Below, one piece after another: positions 27,591-36,223 of a DNA stretch of 64,000 bases. The stretch is taken from the NCBI RefSeq assembly GCF_029945805.1, contig NZ_JAQSDH010000006.1, forward strand, positions 9,562-73,561, written 5' to 3'. Made by a program: the position numbers and the translations under genes. Origin of the DNA: Flavobacterium sp. GTDB taxonomy: Bacteria; Bacteroidota; Bacteroidia; Flavobacteriales; Flavobacteriaceae. The notes below the pieces were generated by a model. That model saw only the letters and a list, made by a program, of their open reading frames with translations. It made no database searches and was not told the DNA's origin. Within the stretch, counting starts at the first letter, position 1; every line of letters starts with the position of its first letter.

Positions 27591-29150
27591 TTAGTTAGCG
27601 GCTTCAATCAAACGGACAAATTCTGAACGATATCCGTCGCCGTCAAAAGCGATTCCTGATTTTGCCAAACTCCTAATAGCCTCTTTATTCGAATTTGAAA
27701 TCAATTTTGAATCCCTCAATTTTAATCCGAACCACGCCACAGCCGCACTAAATTTGAAATCATCCGAACTTTTTTCTAATGTGATAGCTTTATCGGCGAT
27801 CACATCAACCATTTCAATGCTTTTGTCGTCAGCTGGCTTTTTGTATCTGAATTTGATGGTTGCGAGTTCTCCGTTGTAGGCCGATTCAGCGTTGTCCACT
27901 TTGGTATATTTCAAATCCGATAGCAAGTAATCGCTTTCAACTCCAACCGGAATAACCTCGTATAATGCAGTAACTGTGTGCCCGCTTCCCAACTCTCCCG
28001 CATCAATAGCATCATTTTTAAAATCTTCCGCTTTAAGCATTCTGTTTTCGTACCCAATTAATCGATAGGCTTGGACCTGTTTTGGATTGAATTCAACTTG
28101 GATTTTCACATCTTTAGCAATGGCAAACATAGAACCTTTAAATTCCTTACCTAAAAATCGGGTGGCTTCTTGCATAGTATCGATGTACGCATAATTCCCA
28201 TTGCCTTTGTCTGCAAGAATTTCCATTTTACTGTCTTTGTAGTTGCCCATTCCATATCCTAAAACCGTCAGAAAAATTCCAGATTTCCTTTTTTCTTCAA
28301 TCAAATCTTCCATGTCATCATCAGAAGACGCACCAACGTTAAAGTCACCATCAGTAGCTAAAATGATTCTGTTATTTCCTTCTTTAATAAAGTTTTGTTG
28401 CGCCAATTTGTAAGCCAGTTGAATGCCTTCGCCTCCTGCCGTGCTTCCTCCAACAGTCAAATCATCAAAAGCATCTATGATTTTTTCTTTGGCATCGCCA
28501 GATGTTGGTTCCAATACAACACCGGCCGCTCCAGCATATACTACAATCGAAACCTTGTCTATTGAGCGTAATTCTTTAACCAAAATTTTCATCGATTCTT
28601 TTAATAATGGTAGTTTGTTCTCATCGGTCATCGAACCTGAAACATCAATTAAGAAAACTAAATTTGATGCTGGTAAATTAGTGATAAGAACATCTTTTCC
28701 CTGCAGGCCAATTTTTAATAACTTGTGTTTTCCATTCCAAGGACTTTCGCTGTATTCCGTATTGATAGAAAACGGATGTTGATTTTGTGGTTGTGGATAG
28801 TTGTACTTAAAAAAATTTATCATTTCTTCAACACGAACGGCATCTTTTGGAACGGGTTGTCCATTATTGATAAAACGGCGGATGTTGGTATAAGATGCAT
28901 TATCTACGTCAATAAAAAATGTAGATAGCGGAGCAGTTTTTGGGGATTCAAAAGGGTTTTCAATGAGCGTTGCATAGCTTTCTGCATTTTGGTTAGTGGC
29001 TGTGTTTTCCAACGCATCTTCCAAGTAACTTTCTGGAGCCTCTGCAGTCGTAGAGTCAGTGCAGGTGGCTTCTCCATCATAAGAAGAATTTTTACAACCA
29101 GAAAAAATAAGCATAGCAATTGCTAGTGAAAAAAAATGTACTTTTTTCAT
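27591..29150 (-). CDS. von Willebrand factor type A domain lipoprotein
   Basis: 519 aa. Lipobox FSGC, MIDAS DVSGSM, further vWA motifs (ILATDGDFN), long C-terminal domain as in vWA/DUF3520-type proteins. Confidence 0.8.
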   Translation of the reverse strand: MKKVHFFSLAIAMLIFSGCKNSSYDGEATCTDSTTAEAPESYLEDALENTATNQNAESYATLIENPFESPKTAPLSTFFIDVDNASYTNIRRFINNGQPVPKDAVRVEEMINFFKYNYPQPQNQHPFSINTEYSESPWNGKHKLLKIGLQGKDVLITNLPASNLVFLIDVSGSMTDENKLPLLKESMKILVKELRSIDKVSIVVYAGAAGVVLEPTSGDAKEKIIDAFDDLTVGGSTAGGEGIQLAYKLAQQNFIKEGNNRIILATDGDFNVGASSDDDMEDLIEEKRKSGIFLTVLGYGMGNYKDSKMEILADKGNGNYAYIDTMQEATRFLGKEFKGSMFAIAKDVKIQVEFNPKQVQAYRLIGYENRMLKAEDFKNDAIDAGELGSGHTVTALYEVIPVGVESDYLLSDLKYTKVDNAESAYNGELATIKFRYKKPADDKSIEMVDVIADKAITLEKSSDDFKFSAAVAWFGLKLRDSKLISNSNKEAIRSLAKSGIAFDGDGYRSEFVRLIEAAN

Positions 29151-29306
29151 TTTGATAAATTTTTAGAAATTAATAGTGATTTTGTGATTCAAAAGTAATT
29201 CCCTGTAATCCGGATTTTTCAGGAAGATTATCTCTTGAATTTAGCTAACCAAATTTGATGCCAAAAATTTAAGCATCTCTTAAGAATTGATTTTGAAAGC
29301 TGGAAA

Positions 29307-29648
29307 TTAGTAGTTGTAATGGAATTTAATCTTAGTAATTCTAAAAACCCGTTCTCCATATTGCTCAATAAATTCAAACTTATTTCTTCCGTCTTTTTTG
29401 AAACTAATAATGCGTTCGCCTGAAATTTCATAGTAAGTTCCTTTGCCTTCTAACATAAATTTCCCGCCGTTATTGCGATATGCTGAGCGAACCAAATCAA
29501 ATTCTGATAAATTCCACGCTGTTAAATTGGCATCAAGATCATCAAACTCGGAAAATAATCCTTGAGTTATTTCTGTTTTGCTGCCATAATATTTTTCGAT
29601 AGTTTGAAAAAAAGCAATAATTTCCTGATTGAGATTTTCTATATTCAT
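29307..29648 (-). CDS. hypothetical protein
   Basis: 113-aa ORF, cytoplasmic-looking. No family recognised. Confidence 0.4.
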   Translation of the reverse strand: MNIENLNQEIIAFFQTIEKYYGSKTEITQGLFSEFDDLDANLTAWNLSEFDLVRSAYRNNGGKFMLEGKGTYYEISGERIISFKKDGRNKFEFIEQYGERVFRITKIKFHYNY

Positions 29649-29719
29649 TCGATAAATATAGAAAAAAGAAATAAAAAAAGGAGCTTCATTGAAACTCCTT
29701 AGTGATGATAAACCTAGTA

Positions 29720-30031
29720 TTATATTTTAATTCCTGGTGGAAGTAAATCTCTGTAACACGTATTTTTTCTAAAGAAAAGGGCAATTTTCGGTAAAATAGG
29801 AACTACTTTTAACTTTCGTTCGTAAGCAATTTCCATTATTGTTTTTAATAAATCATTGATGAATCCTTCGTTATCAAAACCTTCAAAAACATTAATTCTA
29901 GTTAAGAAAATCTTCTTTTCTTGGAACGAATACTCCACAGAAATTAGTTTTCCATCTACTAAAGTTTCAAACTGGCGGGCGAAGGTATTGTCTTTAATCT
30001 CTATTTTTTCGAAAATTGTAGTTGCTTCCAT
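29720..30031 (-). CDS. small GNAT-like N-acetyltransferase (YjdJ-type)
   Basis: About 104 aa from MEATTIFEK. The size and general sequence pattern look like the minimal GNAT-like family. Terminator hairpin downstream. Confidence 0.5.
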   Translation of the reverse strand: MEATTIFEKIEIKDNTFARQFETLVDGKLISVEYSFQEKKIFLTRINVFEGFDNEGFINDLLKTIMEIAYERKLKVVPILPKIALFFRKNTCYRDLLPPGIKI

Positions 30032-30098
30032 GTGATTATAAACAAAAAGGATTAATTTTAGCAAAGTTACTACTAATTAACGAGTTTACAGTTAAAGA

Positions 30099-30764
30099 AT
30101 GTCTAAAATTCATGTTTACTTCATGCCTGGAATGGCTGCAAGTCCGTCTATATTTGAGCGAATCCAACTTCCTAAAGCTACTTTTGAAATGCATTTTCTG
30201 GAGTGGTTATTGCCTGAAAAAGAGGAAACTATAGAGCATTACGCACAACGTGTTTCTGAGAATGTTACCCATGAGAATGTCATTTTAGTCGGTGTTTCTT
30301 TTGGCGGAATTCTAGTTCAGGAAATGAAGCAATTTCTTAAGGTGAAAAAGGTGATTATAATATCAAGTGTAAAGTCAAATGTAGAATTACCGCGGCGGAT
30401 GAAGGTTGCTAAGTCGACAAAAGCGTACAAATTAATTCCAACAAAATTATTTGAAAATATTGAAGGCTTAGCCAAGTTTACTTTTGGTTCTTCTATAATT
30501 AAACAGCGATTGAAGTTGTATGAAAAATTTCTTGCCGTCCGTGATAAAATCTATTTGGATTGGTCTATTGAACAGATTGTCAATTGGAAACGTACTGAAG
30601 TTGATCCTGAAGTAATCCACATTCACGGTGATGCTGATGAAGTTTTTCCAATAAAATATATTAAAAACGCAATTCCAGTAAAAGGGGGAACGCACATTAT
30701 GATTCTGACAAAGTACCGTTGGCTAAACGATAATCTACCTAAAATTATGTTAGATACTATTTGA
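30099..30764 (+). CDS. alpha/beta hydrolase
   Basis: 221 aa. Nucleophile elbow GVSFGG and a late HGDAD..GTH region. Confidence 0.7.
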   Translation: MSKIHVYFMPGMAASPSIFERIQLPKATFEMHFLEWLLPEKEETIEHYAQRVSENVTHENVILVGVSFGGILVQEMKQFLKVKKVIIISSVKSNVELPRRMKVAKSTKAYKLIPTKLFENIEGLAKFTFGSSIIKQRLKLYEKFLAVRDKIYLDWSIEQIVNWKRTEVDPEVIHIHGDADEVFPIKYIKNAIPVKGGTHIMILTKYRWLNDNLPKIMLDTI

Positions 30765-30814
30765 AACTAATCTGATTTTTGTAGCTTTACCAATATTAAA
30801 AAAAAGAAAAGAAT

Positions 30815-31708
30815 ATGAAAACGAATAAAGCCCTTGTATCGACTTTGATTGTAATTCTAATCGCTGGACTATTGGTTTTTGGAATTTCGGGTGAAAATAA
30901 AGATAAATTATTGCGTGTAGGAACTAAAATGTATTTTCCAACTGCGGTTGATTTTGCTGGAGAAACTACACCTTTACAGATTACTGATGTTAAAGAAAGA
31001 CTCGATAGAGAACTGCTCATTAATGCCAATTTAGATGCTACAACAGCTTTAATCATTAAACGTGCAAACCGAGCATTTCCGGTGATTGAGCCGATTTTAG
31101 CAAAATATGGTGTGCCCGATGATTTTAAATATTTGGCCGTAATTGAAAGCGGACTTGTTAACGCTTCTTCTCCAGCTGGCGCTAAAGGCGTCTGGCAGTT
31201 TATGCCCGATACTGCAAAAGAAAAAGGAATGGAAGTTAACGATCTTGTTGACGAACGCTATCATTTAGAAAAATCTACTGAAGCAGCTTGTAAATATTTG
31301 TTAGCGGCTAAATCTAAATTTGGTTCTTGGACTTTGGCTGCGGCCTCCTACAATGGCGGAATGACTGGTGTTGGTAAAAAAATAGAAGAACAAAAAGTAG
31401 TTGATTATTATGATTTGGCTTTGACAGAAGAAACCTCGCGCTATGTTTTCAGAATATTAGCATTGAAAGAAATAATGAAAAATCCTGCGACTTACGGATT
31501 CAATATTTACCCAACAGATTTGTATGCTTCAATTCCATTTAAGAAAATAGAAGTTGATAGTTCCATTACCGATTTAGCCGATTTTGCCAAAACTCAAGGG
31601 ATCAATTATAAAATTCTGAAGCTGCACAATCCATGGTTAAGAGATAAAAAATTACTTAATCCAACCAAGAAAAAATACGAAATCGAAATTCCGTTGTCTG
31701 GATACTAA
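30815..31708 (+). CDS. lytic transglycosylase (SLT domain) protein
   Basis: 297 aa. N-terminal anchor, catalytic VIESGL and AGAKGVWQFMPDTA motifs. Confidence 0.85.
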   Translation: MKTNKALVSTLIVILIAGLLVFGISGENKDKLLRVGTKMYFPTAVDFAGETTPLQITDVKERLDRELLINANLDATTALIIKRANRAFPVIEPILAKYGVPDDFKYLAVIESGLVNASSPAGAKGVWQFMPDTAKEKGMEVNDLVDERYHLEKSTEAACKYLLAAKSKFGSWTLAAASYNGGMTGVGKKIEEQKVVDYYDLALTEETSRYVFRILALKEIMKNPATYGFNIYPTDLYASIPFKKIEVDSSITDLADFAKTQGINYKILKLHNPWLRDKKLLNPTKKKYEIEIPLSGY

Positions 31709-31720
31709 TCGTTAAACTGA

Positions 31721-32092
31721 ATGAGAATGACATTTCAAACCATAATAATAGTAATGTGCATCGGCCTTGTTGCTGGAGTATTAAGTGGTTTAATTGGAAT
31801 TGGCGGCGGAATTATTATGGTTCCAATGTTATTGCTTTTAGGTTTTACTCAACAACAAGCTCAAGGTACCAGTTTAGCTGCATTACTGCCGCCTGTTACT
31901 ATTCTGGCGGTTCTTAATTATAACAAAGCGGGATTTGTCGATTGGAAATATGCAATTATTATTTCACTTGTTTTCGTGATTGGAGCCTATTTCGGAAGTA
32001 AAATAGCGGTCAATATTGATCAGCGAACACTAAAAAAAATATTTGGCTTTGTCTTGCTTTTTATAGCTGGAAAAATGCTTCTCGAAAAATAA
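31721..32092 (+). CDS. half-size TSUP (TauE/SafE) family membrane protein
   Basis: 123 aa, about 4 TM segments. GIGGGIIMVPMLLL motif equals one repeat unit of TSUP proteins. Confidence 0.7.
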   Translation: MRMTFQTIIIVMCIGLVAGVLSGLIGIGGGIIMVPMLLLLGFTQQQAQGTSLAALLPPVTILAVLNYNKAGFVDWKYAIIISLVFVIGAYFGSKIAVNIDQRTLKKIFGFVLLFIAGKMLLEK

Positions 32093-32158
32093 AAAAGCCC
32101 CAAAAATATTTTGGAGCTTTTTTACCTAGATGATTTAACTAATCTAAGTCAATCTAAC

Positions 32159-32674
32159 TTAAATTTTCTTCATCTGATCTTTCATCATCGTAATCTGATC
32201 TTTCAGCATATTCTGTTTGTCCAACTTTTTTGCTTCATTTAGCAATCCTGTTGCCTCCATTTTACGTCTTCTTGACATCGCAATTCCGGCTAAATTCAAT
32301 TTAGCTATAGCCAAATCCATATCCATACTCAAACCCAACTCAATCGCTTTCTTAAAATATTTCTCTGATTGATGTAAGTTCGTTTGCGACATCATCAAAC
32401 CATGAAGGTAATTGTAATACCCTTGTTGTTTTCTAACCAACGCCGTGTCTGGATTTTTGATTTTGTCCAACCACATTTTTGCTCCCACAAAATCTTGCTT
32501 TCTCAATTTTAAGAAAGCCAAAAGGATGAATTCATTTTTAAAGTAAAGAAATATCGGAATTGCAGTCAATAGAATCAAAAAGATTCCATTACCAATATTT
32601 CCTTGAGTAAATTGCCAAATGGCCGTTAGGACTAATAATGCCGCTATAATTAATTTGATAAATCTGTGAAACAT
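32159..32674 (-). CDS. hypothetical membrane-anchored helical-repeat protein
   Basis: 171 aa. Two N-terminal TM helices, then a TPR-like helical region. Confidence 0.35.
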   Translation of the reverse strand: MFHRFIKLIIAALLVLTAIWQFTQGNIGNGIFLILLTAIPIFLYFKNEFILLAFLKLRKQDFVGAKMWLDKIKNPDTALVRKQQGYYNYLHGLMMSQTNLHQSEKYFKKAIELGLSMDMDLAIAKLNLAGIAMSRRRKMEATGLLNEAKKLDKQNMLKDQITMMKDQMKKI

Positions 32675-32737
32675 GTGTTATAATTTTTAATGCCGCAAAG
32701 GTAATAAAAGGATTTGTAATTTTTTTTATAAAACTAC

Positions 32738-32767
32738 TTGCCAGAAAAAAAAAGGTTTGTATATTTG
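32738..32767 (+). promoter_or_regulatory. rpmH promoter: -33 TTG (32738-32740) and -7 TATATTTG (32760-32767)
   Basis: Both elements present with a 19-nt spacer. Confidence 0.55.
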
Positions 32768-32830
32768 CACTCGGTTTAAAAGAACCCATTTACCATAGAT
32801 ATTAATACAAGATTTTAAAGATACAAAGCA

Positions 32831-32992
32831 ATGAGCAAAAGAACGTTTCAACCATCGAAAAGAAAGAGAAGAAATAAGCACGGATTTATGGACAGAATGG
32901 CTTCTGCAAATGGAAGAAAAGTCCTTGCGCGTCGTAGAGCAAAAGGAAGACATAAATTGACTGTATCTTCTGAACCAAGACACAAAAAATAA
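32831..32992 (+). CDS. rpmH: 50S ribosomal protein L34
   Basis: Own translation: [53 protein letters not shown] (53 aa). Too short for the ORF track. Has its own promoter box and terminator. Confidence 0.95.
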
Positions 32993-33015
32993 TGATTAGC
33001 AATTAATCAATATTG

Positions 33016-33048
33016 AGCCGTTACTTTTATTAGTAGCGGCTTTTTTTT
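33016..33048 (+). terminator. rpmH terminator
   Basis: AGCCGTTAC / GTAGCGGCT 9-bp stem (one G-U), 8-nt loop, T8 run. Confidence 0.85.
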
Positions 33049-33087
33049 AAATCTGTTTATAAATTTTGATAAGTTTTAGAAGCTATT

Positions 33088-33175
33088 TCCCGCTATCCGT
33101 TCCAATCTTTTTATTTTTATGCTTCGGCAAGCTCAGCACATAAATAAAAAGGATTTCCACTACTATCGGGGCTAA
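33088..33175 (+). repeat. REP-like hairpin element, long copy (termini TCCCGCTATCCG ... TATCGGGGCTAA)
   Basis: Termini match the element at 51177-51221 on the opposite strand. Interior has a 10-bp stem CTTTTTATTT/AAATAAAAAG around GCTTCGGCAAGC. Confidence 0.6.
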
Positions 33176-33216
33176 AAATAAGAATGCATGCAACAACACA
33201 CAACTAACTAACAAAA

Positions 33217-33304
33217 TCTAAGAAGTCTGACTTTCTAAAAACGCTAATAATCTAAAAAGTCTAAGCAAGTCTAACCATCTAAGAAGTCTAAAAATCTAAC
33301 TACA
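33217..33304 (+). repeat. ten phased TCTAA-N3-5 units ending exactly at the carB start codon
   Basis: Unit starts at 33217, 33226, 33234, 33243, 33251, 33260, 33270, 33278, 33287 and 33295. Spacing is 8-10 nt. ATG at 33305. Confidence 0.85.
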
Positions 33305-36157
33305 ATGCCCAAAGACAATTCAATAAAATCAGTTTTAATAATAGGCTCAGGTCCAATCGTAATCGGGCAAGCCTGCGAATTTGATTACGCCGGTTCACAG
33401 TCAGCGCGCTCCATTCGTGAAGAAGGAATTGAAGTTATCCTAATCAACTCCAATCCGGCAACCATCATGACCGATCCAAGTATGGCGGATCATGTGTACT
33501 TATTGCCATTAACAACCAAATCAATCATCCAAATCCTAAAAGAACATCCCCAAATTGATGCCGTTTTACCAACAATGGGGGGACAAACAGCATTAAATTT
33601 ATGCTTAGAAGCAGATGAAAAAGGAATCTGGGAAGATTTTAATGTGCGATTAATCGGTGTCGATGTAAATGCCATTAATGTTACTGAAGACCGGGAACAA
33701 TTCAAACAGTTACTGCATAAAATTGGCGTACCAACCGCTCCTGCAGAAACGGCCACTTCTTTCTTAAAAGGAAAAGAAATTGCTCAAAAATTTGGTTTTC
33801 CATTGGTTATTCGTCCATCGTTTACGCTTGGCGGAACGGGTGCAGCATTTGTTCATACCAAAGAAGATTTTGACGAAAAACTAACCTACGGATTAGAAAT
33901 GTCACCCATCCATGAAGTGCTAATTGATAAAGCATTAATTGGTTGGAAAGAATACGAATTGGAATTACTTCGCGATAAAAACGATAACGTAGTAATCATC
34001 TGTTCGATAGAAAATATGGATCCAATGGGAATCCATACTGGAGATTCAATCACAGTGGCACCTGCAATGACACTATCAGACACTACTTTCCAAAAGATGC
34101 GCGATATGGCAATTTTGATGATGCGTTCTATTGGAAATTTTGCCGGTGGATGTAACGTACAATTTGCGGTTTCACCAGACGAAAGAGAAGATATTGTCGC
34201 CATTGAAATTAATCCGAGAGTTTCTCGTTCATCAGCCTTGGCATCAAAAGCGACAGGTTATCCGATTGCTAAGATTGCATCAAAACTAGCTTTAGGATAT
34301 CATTTAGATGAACTTCAAAATCAAATTACAAAATCAACTTCAGCTTTATTCGAGCCAACATTAGATTATGTAATCGTAAAAATTCCACGTTGGAACTTCG
34401 ACAAATTTGAAGGTGCTGACAGAACTTTAGGATTGCAAATGAAATCGGTTGGTGAAGTAATGGGAATTGGGCGTTCGTTTCAGGAAGCTTTGCATAAAGC
34501 CACTCAATCATTGGAAATAAAAAGAAATGGGCTGGGAGCAGACGGAAAAGGCTATAAAAACTACGAGCAGATAATCGAGAAATTGACTTATGCAAGTTGG
34601 GACCGAGTTTTCGTGATTTATGACGCCATTGCGTTGGGAATTCCGTTAAGTAGAATCCACGAAATCACTAAAATTGACATGTGGTTTTTGAAACAATATG
34701 AAGAGTTATATACGATAGAGAAAGAAATATCGAAGTACGATATCACCACACTTCCAAAAGAATTATTGTTGGAAGCAAAGCAAAAAGGCTATGGCGACAG
34801 ACAGATTGCTCACATGCTGAAATGTTTAGAAAGTCAGGTTTATAAATTGCGCGACGATATGAACATCAAGCGTGTTTACAAATTGGTTGATACGTGTGCG
34901 GCCGAATTTAAAGCGCAAACACCTTACTATTATTCAACTTTTGAAGCTGAAATTGAAACAGCGAACGGAGAACGATATGTTCATAATGAAAGCATCGTTT
35001 CTGATAAAAAGAAAGTGGTTGTTTTAGGTTCTGGGCCTAATCGAATTGGACAAGGAATAGAGTTTGATTATTCATGTGTTCATGGGGTTTTGGCGGCGAA
35101 AGAATGTGGTTACGAAACCATTATGATCAACTGTAATCCGGAAACGGTTTCTACCGATTTTGATATAGCTGATAAATTGTATTTCGAACCTGTTTTTTGG
35201 GAACATATTTATGATATTATTCGACACGAAAAACCAGAAGGTGTAATTGTGCAACTTGGTGGGCAAACAGCGCTGAAATTGGCGGAAAAATTATCTAAAT
35301 ACGATATAAAAATTCTTGGAACTTCATTCGATGCCTTAGATTTAGCCGAAGATAGAGGAAGATTTTCTGAATTGTTGACCGAGTTGAAAATTCCTTTTCC
35401 ACAATTCGGAATTGCAGAGAATGCTGATGATGCTTCTAAGCTTGCAGATGTTTTGGATTTCCCGTTATTGGTTCGTCCATCATATGTTTTGGGAGGTCAA
35501 GGAATGAAGATTGTCATCAACAAACAAGAATTAGAAGAGCATGTTATCGATTTACTGAAGAATATTCCGGGGAACAAATTGCTTTTAGACCATTATTTAG
35601 ACGGAGCAATTGAAGCGGAAGCCGATGCCATTTGTGATGGAGAAAATGTATACATCATCGGAATCATGGAGCATATCGAGCCTTGCGGAATCCATTCAGG
35701 AGATTCTAATGCGACTTTACCACCGTTTAATTTGGGTGAATTTGTAATGCAACAGATAAAAGATCATACTAAGAAAATCGCTTTGGCATTGAGAACTGTT
35801 GGTTTAATCAACATTCAGTTTGCAATAAAAGATGATATAGTTTATATTATTGAAGCCAATCCTAGAGCTTCGAGAACCGTGCCGTTTATTGCGAAAGCTT
35901 ATGGCGAACCGTATGTAAATTATGCCACGAAAGTAATGCTGGGTGTAAATAAAGTAACCGATTTTAAATTTAATCCACAGTTGAAAGGCTATGCGATTAA
36001 GCAACCCGTTTTCTCTTTCAGTAAGTTCCAAAATGTGAATAAAGCATTAGGTCCAGAGATGAAATCTACAGGTGAAAGTATCTTGTTTATCGATGATTTG
36101 AAGGATGATCAGTTTTACGAATTGTATTCGAGACGAAAAATGTACTTAAGTAAATAG
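33305..36157 (+). CDS. carB: carbamoyl-phosphate synthase large subunit (short form)
   Basis: 950 aa. Two ATP-grasp halves (VLIIGSGPIVIGQACEFDYAGSQ and VVVLGSGPNRIGQGIEFDY). Confidence 0.95.
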   Translation: MPKDNSIKSVLIIGSGPIVIGQACEFDYAGSQSARSIREEGIEVILINSNPATIMTDPSMADHVYLLPLTTKSIIQILKEHPQIDAVLPTMGGQTALNLCLEADEKGIWEDFNVRLIGVDVNAINVTEDREQFKQLLHKIGVPTAPAETATSFLKGKEIAQKFGFPLVIRPSFTLGGTGAAFVHTKEDFDEKLTYGLEMSPIHEVLIDKALIGWKEYELELLRDKNDNVVIICSIENMDPMGIHTGDSITVAPAMTLSDTTFQKMRDMAILMMRSIGNFAGGCNVQFAVSPDEREDIVAIEINPRVSRSSALASKATGYPIAKIASKLALGYHLDELQNQITKSTSALFEPTLDYVIVKIPRWNFDKFEGADRTLGLQMKSVGEVMGIGRSFQEALHKATQSLEIKRNGLGADGKGYKNYEQIIEKLTYASWDRVFVIYDAIALGIPLSRIHEITKIDMWFLKQYEELYTIEKEISKYDITTLPKELLLEAKQKGYGDRQIAHMLKCLESQVYKLRDDMNIKRVYKLVDTCAAEFKAQTPYYYSTFEAEIETANGERYVHNESIVSDKKKVVVLGSGPNRIGQGIEFDYSCVHGVLAAKECGYETIMINCNPETVSTDFDIADKLYFEPVFWEHIYDIIRHEKPEGVIVQLGGQTALKLAEKLSKYDIKILGTSFDALDLAEDRGRFSELLTELKIPFPQFGIAENADDASKLADVLDFPLLVRPSYVLGGQGMKIVINKQELEEHVIDLLKNIPGNKLLLDHYLDGAIEAEADAICDGENVYIIGIMEHIEPCGIHSGDSNATLPPFNLGEFVMQQIKDHTKKIALALRTVGLINIQFAIKDDIVYIIEANPRASRTVPFIAKAYGEPYVNYATKVMLGVNKVTDFKFNPQLKGYAIKQPVFSFSKFQNVNKALGPEMKSTGESILFIDDLKDDQFYELYSRRKMYLSK

Positions 36158-36192
36158 TAATTAGTAATAATGCTGTTTGATTTATGATTACC

Positions 36193-36219
36193 CCTGACAG
36201 CTTTTTAAAACCTGTCAGG
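36193..36219. terminator. carB terminator hairpin, shared with the convergent HTH pseudogene
   Basis: CCTGACAG / CTGTCAGG 8-bp stem, 11-nt loop, followed by tgttttacttttt. Confidence 0.7.
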
Positions 36220-36223
36220 TGTT

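Noticed and set aside
29307-30031. The small hypothetical gene plus the small GNAT-like gene as a GNAT toxin-antitoxin pair
   Set aside because: The acetyltransferase is of the minimal YjdJ-like type, about 104 aa, much shorter than TacT/AtaT-type toxins. The two genes are separated by a terminator-like hairpin, and no RHH or HTH antitoxin is present.
32726-32983. 85-aa minus-strand ORF overlapping rpmH
   Set aside because: The plus strand encodes an unmistakable L34 with its own promoter and terminator. The minus ORF is a shadow.
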